A stretch of DNA of 63,541 nt, filler included, from Reticulomyxa filosa (lineage: Eukaryota; Protista; Foraminifera), in assembly GCA_000512085.1 (NCBI GenBank). It is 15 parts of 15 records of this genome, joined end to end, with 100 filler letters (N's around TTAATTAATTAA, not from the genome) between each part and the next. Parts side by side here need not be neighbours in the genome. Positions count along the whole stretch, not along the records: positions 17,223 to 24,837 come from ASPP01017813.1; positions 24,938 to 27,171 come from ASPP01025732.1; positions 27,272 to 33,054 come from ASPP01007784.1; 12 more parts are not named here. The stretch is one strand, 5' to 3'. The position numbers were made by a program, and so were the translations under genes. The notes under the pieces were generated by a model. The model had not been told where the DNA came from. It saw only the letters and a list, made by a program, of their open reading frames with translations, and did no database searches. Positions 22,565 through 33,054 of this stretch are shown here, in pieces (the stretch's first letter is position 1; each line of letters begins with the position of its first letter).

Positions 22565-22572
22565 GTTTGCAC
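22544..22572 (-). promoter_or_regulatory. Candidate promoter firing into the cargo genes (Pc-like)
   Basis: Minus strand GTGCAA-N17-TATTAT, overlapping site E; the -35 is only a 3/6 match. Confidence 0.4.
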
Positions 22573-22588
22573 GAGGTAGATTCCGGGC

Positions 22589-23182
22589 ATGTCGCCCACG
22601 AGGAAGCCCCTGCCCTTGCTTATCGGATATGCCCGCGTCTCGACCGACGGCCAGACTCTCGACCAGCAGCGCGCGGCGCTGAAAGCGGCCGGCTGCAAGC
22701 GCGTGTTCGAGGAAAAGGCATCCGGCGCGCAGCGCGGCCGCCGCGAGCTGGCGAAGATGCTGGACCATTTGCAGCCCGGGAACGTGGTGACGGTGACGCG
22801 GCTTGATCGCCTCGCCCGATCGACGCGCGATCTTCTCGACATTGCTGAGCGGATCGGCCACGCCGAGGCCGGCTTGCGTTCGCTGGCCGAGCCGTGGGCC
22901 GACACGACGACGCCGGCCGGGCGCATGGTGCTGACTTTCTTCGCCGGCGTTGCCGAGTTCGAGCGCAGCTTGATCCATGAGCGCACGAGCGCCGGCCGCG
23001 CGGCGGCGAAGGCGAAGGGCGTTCGGTTCGGCCGCCCCCCTGCCCTGTCGGCCGAGCAGATCGCACACGCCCGCCAGCTCATCAGCGAGGACAAGAAGCC
23101 GGCCGAGGTTGCCCGGCTCTTGGGTGTGCATCGCTCTACCCTCTACCGGGCCATAGAACGCATTGACGTGGATACGCATTGA
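22589..23182 (+). CDS. Small serine recombinase (resolvase/Pin-Hin invertase family)
   Basis: IGYARVSTDGQ (catalytic Ser), VTRLDRLARS, DTTTPAGRMV..FFAGVAEFER..I.ERT..G...A...GVRFGRPP and a C-terminal HTH LGVHRSTLYR. Confidence 0.96.
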   Translation: MSPTRKPLPLLIGYARVSTDGQTLDQQRAALKAAGCKRVFEEKASGAQRGRRELAKMLDHLQPGNVVTVTRLDRLARSTRDLLDIAERIGHAEAGLRSLAEPWADTTTPAGRMVLTFFAGVAEFERSLIHERTSAGRAAAKAKGVRFGRPPALSAEQIAHARQLISEDKKPAEVARLLGVHRSTLYRAIERIDVDTH

Positions 23183-23281
23183 CGCAACTACGTTTAGTCG
23201 CCCGGCCCTAGAAGTAGTGCCTTTCTCGCCCCCTTACGCAAAGGGTTGCAGAATCGGGCGATTTCGTCTCTTCATGTAGAC

Positions 23282-23497
23282 ATGGCGAGTCGCACCCGAG
23301 AACAAGTTAAGCTGGAAAGTGTCCGAAACCTGCGCGCCCGTTGGCGCGCGGAGGGCCGGATTCTTGTGCAGGCCGATCTGCCCGGCGAGCTGGTCGCGGC
23401 GATTGACCGCCTGAAGGACGACGCGGGCTTGCGAGGGCGCGCGCCGATCATCGAGGAAGCGTTGAGGTTCTATATCGAAGCGAAGCAAGGGACATAA
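23282..23497 (+). CDS. Ribbon-helix-helix (CopG-like) protein
   Basis: 71 aa; LVQADLPGELVAAIDRLK...RAPIIEEALRFYIE fits the RHH pattern; lies upstream of rep. Confidence 0.75.
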   Translation: MASRTREQVKLESVRNLRARWRAEGRILVQADLPGELVAAIDRLKDDAGLRGRAPIIEEALRFYIEAKQGT

Positions 23498-23501
23498 CGG
23501 C

Positions 23502-23535
23502 AAAACGCCCGACCGTTGGCGCGGTCGAGCGTTTT
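23502..23535. terminator. Bidirectional intrinsic terminator/attenuator hairpin between RHH gene and rep
   Basis: AAAACGCCCGACCG-TTGGCG-CGGTCGAGCGTTTT. Confidence 0.7.
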
Positions 23536-23691
23536 ATAGGCCGTCAGACACACCGTAGAGCCGGGGCCATCAAAGTCTCCCCTTATCTACGCTAGAGCAC
23601 TCCAATTCGCAAGATTGATTCTTGCGGAAACGGGGAAAGCTGTGCCTGCCGTCCGCGCTGTCATGTCCTTCAAAAGGAAGGACGAGGGCAT

Positions 23692-24570
23692 ATGTTGAGG
23701 ACGCACTACGCGGCCGCGATCGGCTGCGCGCGCGGGAACGCGCTTGATGAAATCATGCGGGAGGTTTGGACTCGATACGGCGCGGGCCAGCTCACCGACG
23801 ACGAGGCCGGCGAGCTTACGACGCTCGCCCATGAGCGCCGGGCCGCCCTGCGGGGATCGGGACAGACCGCGCTAGGGTTGATCTTTCCGCCCCCTGCCCC
23901 ACGCTGCCCGACACCAGTTCGCCGGCATAGCCATATCCGGGGACGATCGGAGGGCCGCATATGGCGGCCGACGACGCGCAAGGACGTGCAGGCGATCTTG
24001 AAGGCGGCCGAAATCTACAACGAGGCCGGCTTGCACGAGAAGGGCGAGCGCAGCGGGCCGCTAGGATCGGTGGCGCTGGACGTGCTGCGGCTGTTCGTCA
24101 ATCTCATCGACTTCCGCACCGGCCGGCTTGAGCCGTCAATCACCACGATCATGGATCGGCTAGGCCGGTCGCGCGATACGATCGTGCGGGCGCTGAAGAA
24201 TCTGCGGGCGCATGGCTTCATTGACTGGCTGCGGCGCTATGAGCCGACCGGGAACGAAGGGCGCGGCCCACAGGTGCAGCAGGCCAGCAACGCCTATCGC
24301 CTGTCCCTGCCGGAGAAGGCCCGGCAGTTCCTTGGACGGTTCGGCAAGGCTCCACCCCCGCCCGCCGATCATGGACAGGATCAGCGGGCTTGGAGCGAGG
24401 CAATCGACGCCTACAAGACCACCCTGCCCCTCGATGAGCGAACGCAGATCGACGCCGGCGATAGCCCGCTAGGACAGGCCCTTGTGCGCATGGCGAAAAA
24501 CTTCATGAAACGTGAGTCCGATAACCAGACTGAATCCCCATCTGATCTTTATCTAAGAGGCAAAACATAA
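23692..24570 (+). CDS. repA: Plasmid replication initiator, HTH-type RepA
   Basis: GPLGSVALDVLRLFVNLIDFRTGRLEPSITTIMDRLGRSRDTIVRALKNLRAHGFIDWLRR..QVQQASNAY resembles sphingomonad/alphaproteobacterial plasmid Rep proteins. Start codon uncertain. Confidence 0.8.
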   Translation: MLRTHYAAAIGCARGNALDEIMREVWTRYGAGQLTDDEAGELTTLAHERRAALRGSGQTALGLIFPPPAPRCPTPVRRHSHIRGRSEGRIWRPTTRKDVQAILKAAEIYNEAGLHEKGERSGPLGSVALDVLRLFVNLIDFRTGRLEPSITTIMDRLGRSRDTIVRALKNLRAHGFIDWLRRYEPTGNEGRGPQVQQASNAYRLSLPEKARQFLGRFGKAPPPPADHGQDQRAWSEAIDAYKTTLPLDERTQIDAGDSPLGQALVRMAKNFMKRESDNQTESPSDLYLRGKT

Positions 24571-24937
24571 GCGGTCGCCGCTGTTCGGGCTGCTTACGCA
24601 GCCCTGCGGCGGTTCCGGCCCGCGTATAGGCGGGCCGGGAAACGGCACCCCCACTACCTAATCCGCACCGCTCGCGCCTGCGACCAGCGTCCTATGGCTT
24701 TCGAGAGGGAGTGAAGGGCAAGGTCGGCGCTTAATTATTTACGTTAATACGTATTGACGTGTAAACGTATTACCTTGATAGAAGGCGATGGCGGCGGCCG
24801 GGAAAACGTGCTAGAGTGTACACAATTCAACACACGGNNNNNNNNNNNNNNNNNNNNNNNNNNNNNNNNNNNNNNNNNNNNTTAATTAATTAANNNNNNN
24901 NNNNNNNNNNNNNNNNNNNNNNNNNNNNNNNNNNNNN

Positions 24938-25831
24938 AACATTCATTGCGGTCAATGAAACAAATTTACCGAATTTGTGACTGGCCAGCATTTTGTCATT
25001 GGTGACATCATACAAATCCACATGTCCACTTTCACTTGCAAGCCAAAGAATCATTTGACTTTTGTCTGCGCTTACGTCGCCCCTGACAATGCTATAGGCT
25101 TGGATTGACATTATCATTCCTCTTTTCTCCTCACTTATTTTTGCAATATTTATGGCACGTAGTTTTTGAAAACTGCGAATGTCCCAAACATCCACATTTG
25201 ACTTATCCTCATTCACACAACACAAAATCAAATTGTGTCCTATCTCCTTCGACTTGTCATTCTTTTCCGTCAATATGCAAGGCTCCATTACACTACATTT
25301 GCAAAACGTTGTACACTTTGAGTCAAATTCTCTTACGGTTCCTGTTCCCTTCTCTGTTCCGGACTGATTCCCCAATTTATTCAAATCCCATATTTTTATC
25401 ATTCCGCTCATTGGAGATCGACTTTGCCTTTTATGTTGTGGTATGTCACATCAAAGTTGCTACACAAAAATTGCAATTGTGACATAAACTTACTTACTCA
25501 CGTGATCATGTAGTCATGGGATACTGTATTTGTTACGTTCAATATTGCCCCTTTTTTTGCTTCGCATGGATTAAACGAGTGCAATGGACGACGTGTTTCC
25601 AAGTCCCACAGCTTTACACATCCACCAACATCGCTATTTAATTTTCATATGTGTATGTGGCCTTTTTTTTTCTTTTTGGTTTTTTCAACAAGTGGCACGA
25701 ATGTAATTGGTTATTGAGACAAACCCTGAAACAAGGATAGGCTCTTTCTTAAATTTTGGAAGTCCGATCAAAAAATTTACAACCGAAATTTCATCTGTGT
25801 GATGTCTCAAGATAAATAATGGTTCTGGCAT
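24938..25831 (-). CDS. GNB1L/ASA1-like WD40 protein (ASTRA/TTT-associated), multi-exon, 3'-truncated
   Basis: MPEPLFILRHHTDEISVVNF..ILVSG|DVGGCVKLWDLETRRPLHSF..IKIWDL..TTFCKCSV..RGMIMSI..LWLASESGHVDLYD follows the ASA1/GNB1L layout. Confidence 0.7.
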
Positions 25832-26541
25832 GTTTTCCAAAAAATCTTCTCGCAAGAGTAGGCCCTTTTGTTGGTGTTGAACTTTCGTAAACAAACAAAA
25901 CGGTTGTGACAAAATACACTCTTACATAAATGGTATTTCAGCGTGTTAATAAAATCAATTGAATGTTTAAGATTGTCTTCGGTGAAGTGATTTTTTTTAT
26001 TACAATATGTAATAGTAATAAAAGCAAACAAGATTGAATGTAATGAATAAAGGATATATTAGCTAGCAACGATTAAACAATCCTTTTCGAAATTAGTCAA
26101 AAACTTAAAACACAAAACCTGACTTTTAACAATATCAGAAATAACACCGAAAAATCATCCGAACAAATGGATTAAAAAACAAATAAATGGATAAGTATGA
26201 AAATTAGTTGTGTTTATTTCTCTGTAATTAAAAAAAAATTGTTCTGTTTTATGATATGCTGTCCACAGTTGAAGGAATTTTTATCAAACAGTTAATTTAA
26301 ATATTTTATATTCATTATCAATCACTCAATCTACATTGGGCAAGTCTTCTACTTCTATAAACTTTTGCAAAATATTTCATTGTTTGTAGCTTGTGAAGCA
26401 TTTTGCTTTATTTATATGGACTGTGTTTGCGTTTGCAGTGTTAAAAACTCTGACGATTAAACAAAACAAATTGTAAGTGTCAAACAGCTCTCAGGTACTG
26501 TACCCATTTTTAAGTTTGACTCCAAATAAGAATAGAAGTAA

Positions 26542-27088
26542 ATGGCGCAGTCAAAAAACTCAATCCTTAATCTGGATAGTATCGTGGAAGAGTCGATTAT
26601 CCGTCGGGGTCTTCAGGCTTGGATATCAGTGTCTCAAGTGACGGTGAGTGTGAGTTCGCTTGGCACCAGAAAGGGGATATTTGAGTTGAGAGGGAGAAAA
26701 GAAACAGCAACAAAAAGAAAAACAAAGCCATTGAAAATGCATAAAAATGTTTGGAACATGATAGTTTCTTGAGAACAATGAGCAATTGTTGTTAATTGCA
26801 ACCCCACCAGGGAACCATGAGTCTACGTTGTGTTACATGAATTTCCAAGAAGAGCATGTGGGACAATTGAATGAGTCTTCGCCATTAGCACAGCAATTGG
26901 GAATCGTTCCAACATCGGACAATAAAACAGAATCGAAACCAAAGTGGTTCGAAGCGTGTGACTTTTCATTTTTAAGTGACTTGGACACCAAACTGAGCAA
27001 AGAGCAGATATTATTGAAAGAAAGAAAGAGAGAAGCGGGACATGGGATAACGGAATACACTTATCATGAAAAGTTTCATTTTATTTGA
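26542..27088 (+). CDS. Hypothetical protein (broken frame), eukaryotic
   Basis: Two consecutive ORFs with coding-like composition, divergent from the WD40 gene; no motif. Confidence 0.3.
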
Positions 27089-27138
27089 ATAATAACAACA
27101 GTAGCAATAATAATTAATAATAATAAAAGCTATTCAAA

Positions 27139-27170
<32 letters not shown>

Positions 27171-27271
27171 TNNNNNNNNNNNNNNNNNNNNNNNNNNNNN
27201 NNNNNNNNNNNNNNNTTAATTAATTAANNNNNNNNNNNNNNNNNNNNNNNNNNNNNNNNNNNNNNNNNNNN

Positions 27272-29339
27272 AATAACAATGCTTCTGTTCGAATGCATCC
27301 AGTGTTGTACCGAGATCACATATCCCAGGGCGTAGATATTGAAGCGACAGAGGCACAAGAAAAAGAGCGCTGGCGTGAGCTGCAGAAGGCCAAAGCGAAT
27401 GTAGATATGGAAACAATGATAGCGTTGCACAGCAGCGACAAACATCCCTTGCCCATTCAAGCCTATTTGAAATACATGTATGATCATCGACTGCTATATG
27501 AATCGGGAGGATTGACATTGAGATATGAAGAGTTTGAAGGCGTGCAAGGCGAAATCAGCAAAAAAGCTACAGACACAGCAACTCCTGTCCCGACGATCCC
27601 TGTTCCAGCGACTCCCGTCCCAGCACAACAAAAGAGCAAGAAAAAAGACGGCGATGACTTATATCGTCTGGACGACATGTTTTTCGGACCTGGACAAGAT
27701 GACGATGATGACGACGATCGCGACGATGAAGACGATGAAGACGACGATGACGACGACCATCATGATGACAACATAAAGAAACGTCCAGATAGTGACGTGC
27801 AAAGTGTTGGTACTGGAGGAGATAACATGAAGGAACACCACCCCGTGCAAGAAAGTGCGAGCGATCACATGACCACGGCCGACACACTAGCGCAAACCCC
27901 ACGCGGACATAGCGTGATGGATTCCGAAGATGCCCGTAGTATGACAGAAGCATCAGTGCGGACCCCTCGCACCGGTATCAGCGTCGGCGTCAGCGTCGGA
28001 GCTGGAGTCGGGGACCAAGGTCAGCAGTCAGCTCTTGGCGCGGAGCTGATACACTCGGACATACCTATGAACAAGTGGACGGTGGAGCAAATGGCACAAG
28101 TGCTGCAGAACGGAGGCTGCAGCGACGCAGTCGTCCGTCAGTTTGTATATTTCGGTATCAATGGCCACACCTTGTGCGCCATGTACGAGGGCACGTGGGA
28201 CGCCTGGATGGACGAGCTGCACGTGACAGAAGAACTGGAGCGCAAAGAGATGTGGAACTACCTGGAGCAATTTGAGGCGTACTACAAGAAGCGCTTTGAC
28301 CGAAACCCGAAAGTGTTACACGATACTTCGGAGTTTGTTAAATTCCTGTTATTGGAAAATCTGGAGGCTAAGGGCTTGGCCAAAGTAGTATGGCTGTGTC
28401 TGTACCATGGAGTCGATGGCTATCGCGTTATGTCAGTGCCTGTAGATCGTCGAAGCATGGAAGACTGTTTGCAACGCGAGGCCGGACTCGAATCCGCGCC
28501 CGACCGCGCCAAGTGTCTGAAAATACTCGAGCAATACCCTTACTTTAGCGAGCGCAAGCACAAGCCCAAAGTGGAGGATGAAACTCCACTCACGGCCACC
28601 GTCACGCATCAAAGGAGACGAAGAAGCGCACGCGCAAAGAGGCTAAAAAGGAAAGGTACGAGCGTCGCAAAAAACTTCGTGAACTGCGTAACAGTCAAAA
28701 GCTCGAAGGCGACGTGGAGGCGTACGAAGAAGAAGAGGACGATGATGACGACGAGGACGAAGATGCAGAAGACGATGTTGACGATGAAAGCAGTTCCGGA
28801 GAAATGGCAGGGGATGGTGACGATGATGACGATGAATTGACAACGACACAAATGTATGAATACATCCGCGGCAAAGACCCCGAACTCGCATTGGCGATGC
28901 TGGGCAATGGTGTAGATGGCCACGTGTGGCATCTCATGCACGACGAGACGGTCATGACTCGACCTCTGCGTCAGCAGTATTTAGACAGTGTCGGCGTGAA
29001 GCGCTCGGACGCGCAACTGCAAGAGGCCATGCCGGAACAGACTCACGTGGACAAGTCCAGTCCAGAGTGGATTGACACGTTCAAAGCTGTGCTAGCCAAT
29101 GGTCTCGACGCGTACACCCTGGACGTTCAAGCGGGACCAACAGCTGTCGCAAAGAAGGACATTGTCAAGTCGTTGGGTCTATCCAATCTCAAAATCGTGG
29201 AAAAGGCGGTTCGAACCAAGGAAAAACACGCTGTTCGTGGCTCCAAAGCGAAACGTATGGGACCATCTGCAGCTTCACTGTCCTCTGCAGTCACAGTCAT
29301 ACCGGGAGGGATTACCCCCTCTTCCGCTGCAGTAGCATC

Positions 29340-29381
<42 letters not shown>

Positions 29382-32219
29382 AGGAGCTACGACCACGACG
29401 GCCTCGGACACGACTATTGCTACCAACACGGCCGTCGGCAGCAGCGGCAGCAAAAGCAGATACACGCAATGGACCACTTTGGAGTTATACAATTGGATGC
29501 AAGAGAAAAACGAAGTGATGGCCAAGGCCGTACTGGCGAATGGATTGGATGGCTATACGTGGTTCACGGCACTGCGAGAGACTGAAAGTGCAAGTGCGAG
29601 TGCAAGTGGAGACGATCCAAAGAAAAAGAAAAAAAAAAAAAAAAGGACGATACGGCGGCCATTGCCATCTTGCAAATGTACGGCATTAGCGATCCGAAAC
29701 AACAAGAGGCTTGCTTGGTGGCTCCGACTCGACGACGCAAACAAGGTCAGGATCGGAAGAGCAGGGACCCGTCCAAGTCGAAAAGCAGAAAAAGGAAGGA
29801 ACACAAGGCGTGGTGGTCGTGTGTACAGGTATATGAGCACTTGGAAAACAAGGCCGACGCACAAATGCAAGACATTGCAAAGGCCATTCTTGCCAATGGG
29901 CTGAATGGACAAGTATGGAGACTGTTGGAGAACGGCACGGTATCGATGCAGGACTACTTGGCGAGTTGCGGATTAGGACAGCAGCAGCAGACATTTGAAA
30001 CGCAACTGAAAAAGACAATGAAAGAGCCAAAGAAGGGACATGGAGACGACGGACAAGGCAAAGAGGACGATGCCGATGGTGACGACGCTACAGCCAAACA
30101 ACAGCAGCAAGGCGACGAACATGACATGGAGAAGATCAAACAACAAAAGGAACAGTGGACAACCGTGGAGCTGTTTGAATTCTTGGCACAAGCCATTGGC
30201 AAGGACGACGATGATGATAACAAACGAGCGAGACATTGGGCAAGGCTTTGCTATGTCAAGGCATGGATGGCTACACCATCTTTTGTCTATCCAAGACCTT
30301 TCCCAATCTCATCACGGTCAATGGACTGCTGGAGTCGTGCGGATTGGGACATGAACAGGAATTGTGGGAGCTGTTCAATAGCAGTCGCATGGACCAGTAC
30401 AGTTTATCGATCAAAACCAGAATGAGCATGATCAATGCCGATGACACCGGATTGCTTGACTCGGACGGACTTGCCACAAGAAAGTCGCAACAGGAGACTG
30501 GACGTGTCATTCGCATTACTGGCATGGTCGAAATGACCACACAAAAGGAAAACATCTTGGAAATCCGCAAAGACCGCGAAAATGCCGTCAAGAGCAAAAA
30601 CGAACGTGCGTTGGATAAGACTGCTGAGGAAACCGAAGAAGAGTTTCTCGGAGGCAACAAAAAGCTTTCGTCCAAGGAACAGGAACAACCTTTCGACATG
30701 CATCGCACGTGGGAGGGTGAAGACATGGAGACTCTGGATGAGGATCGCTATGTTCCTTTAGACGAGGAATCTATGACGGCCATGTATGCCAAAGGCTTGC
30801 ATAATATGGATATTGTCGCGCTGAAGGGCTTGGAGGTGGTGGTCAAACAGCACGCCATCGAGGTTAAGTCGAAGAAAGAGGAATTCAAAAAGCGCGCGAA
30901 AAGTGGCAATCACAGTGACACTCGCGTGAACGAAGCCAAGTGGAAGTACTTCAATCCTACGCATATGACTGAAGAGCAAATTGAGTTGCTAGCCGAGAGG
31001 GCCATGCGAGGCGCGCCTGTGTCCGGTATCATGGTCAAGGAGCAAGATCATGTGAGAGCCAAATTGGAACCTCTGTTCATTCAGTTTGAAGTCGATTATC
31101 GAACTTTGAAGGCACTTCATGAACATGCCGTTGTCACCTATGAAGAAATTAAAAAAAGAAATGAAAAGAAACGATCGCAATGGGAAAAACTCGACTTGGC
31201 TACTTTTAAAAAACAAAGAAATTGAACTCGAACTAGGTTAAACTCTTTATACAATCAATAAATGTCAAATATCACATACACATACTACACTCATATAAAA
31301 AAAAAATATTTGTTTGTATTAAAAAAAAAAAAAAAAATTAGGAGAAACACAAGTATATATTGACCTGGCATACAAGCATTTAGAAAGACTGTTTCCTGAA
31401 GTGAAAGAACAAGAGTTACGCGTTGCACATACGAAAAAAGTGTTTGATGATATGTGTCGCATGATCAAAGAAAAATTAAACGACAACCGATGCTATTTAA
31501 TGGTCGCTTTGAGCGAAAAAAAAAAAATGGAAGAGCAATTGACACAATTGAAATTATATTACAATCGATTACGAGCAGATATCGCACGTATGGAAACTGA
31601 AATTCGAGGCTTATATCGTCAATGTTGTAAAAAGAATTTTGAAATAATCTATCGTGAAAAGTTTTTAAACAAAATGACCGACACGTTACACACTTTCAGT
31701 ATGGAACTGCAACGTGTTCAACAAAGAGCACACGAAGTATTAACTACTCTAAAAACATCCAATAATTATTATAAACATCAAATTGAATCTTCTTTGAATC
31801 AACGATTGGCCTATTTCGAAGATGTAGTTGATCTGCGACTGGAATTGAGCGAATTAAAAAATGTTGAATATCAATTATCGAAACAACCCAAGTCAAATAC
31901 TATCCTCTCCACTATGCATGCCTTTGTTAAGGAAACCTTACATTTTAGTGAAGGAATGAAATCGGCCCAAGGCCAAGGCGCTGACCCAAGCGTAATACCC
32001 AGAGCGAATAAAGCAAAAGCCACATTTAATGGAGTTCCAATGACAGAGGTTCAAGCAAAACAAATGAAGCGATTGAAAAAACAGTGTAATGCAATTCAAG
32101 ATAAATACTTGAAAAAAAGAGAAGAATTAATTCGAAAATTAAAAGAACTACGTTTATCTCCTCAAACACTTGCACGTTGGCACGAAATTCAGTCTGTTGC
32201 ACCAGATATTTTCACTTGA
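27272..32219 (+). CDS. Large protein with ~7 tandem SAM-like repeats, acidic/Thr linkers and a C-terminal coiled coil; 5'-partial, several frameshifts
   Basis: ORFs 27293-28840, 28714-29904, 29670-30425, 30236-31225 and 31401-32219 chain by frameshifts (some at A-homopolymers) and an intron near 31237-31341. Recurrent WT..E/Q..(W/F)L...(L)ANG(L/V/I)(D/N)G..L...GL/GI pattern. Confidence 0.7.
29341..29400 (+). repeat. (ACG)n microsatellite encoding poly-Thr
   Basis: ACGACAACGACGACG... in frame within the SAM-repeat gene. Confidence 0.9.
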
Positions 32220-32846
32220 ATATTCCATTTTTTGTTTGTTTGCATAACAAGGAATTACAGTTATTGTAAAGGATTGCGAGTTTATTTCTTTGTTTGATTT
32301 TTGACAAAAAAAAATTGAAATATTGTTTTGATTGAAAATGGGCAAAATTAAAATTCAACAAAAATTCACTAATAAGGAAGAAATTAAACAAGTAAGGTTT
32401 GAACAAAAACAATTCCTAAGTTATTTAGAAAAAGATATAATCTCATTATAAGTATTTGATTGTCTTAATCGTTGATTGGTGTTTTATCATCAAAATTTTT
32501 AGTTGGTGATATTTCTCTGTAAAAATTTGAATACATTGTTTCGAAGTATTTGATTGATTACTGGAAAGATTTGAGTAATTTTTTTTGGGATAATTACAAT
32601 TTAGAACACGTATACGTTTTTTGTTGCGAAAATAAAAAAAATAGTGCACACTCCTCCCCTTTTTCAAACTTTCCGAAACTCGTTGAGAAATAGTTTTTGG
32701 CCACAAACTTTGAAATAAAAAACGCTCAAGAGTTGTTTGTTCCTGTGGTATTTGTTAGAACCAGGTTTAAATGATCTTTTTCTCCTCCTTCTGTCACCAT
32801 CAAAAAAAAAAAAAACTAGAGCGACGAAAATTCGAAATTCTCAAAA

Positions 32847-33054
32847 GTGAAAGAATCGAAGAAACTGTTAGGAGGAATGCAACAAGAAGATGAAAAAAGG
32901 AAATCAACAAAAGAAATAAAAGCATTAACACGATTATTTGATGGAATTGAAGAAGAAGAATTGAAAAAACAACTTCAACAAACAAGTGGAGATGTTTTAA
33001 CTGTAATTGAAGGAATAGTTTCAATGTCAATTGATGAAACTGTATGTATGTATG
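32847..33054 (+). CDS. Partial gene with CUE/UBA-like helical motif
   Basis: EIKALTRLFDGIEEEELKKQLQQTSGDVLTVIEGIV resembles a CUE domain; truncated by the linker. Confidence 0.4.

Larger units (their letters stand above)
17223..24837. mobile_element. Alphaproteobacterial (sphingomonad-like) small mobilizable plasmid, partial
   Basis: High-GC contig with relaxase C-terminus, DUF6118, RHH, HTH-type RepA, serine recombinase and resistance cargo. Confidence 0.88.

Noticed and set aside
17223-24837. Horizontal transfer of resistance genes into the eukaryote
   Set aside because: The contig is entirely bacterial and joined to host DNA only by artificial linkers.
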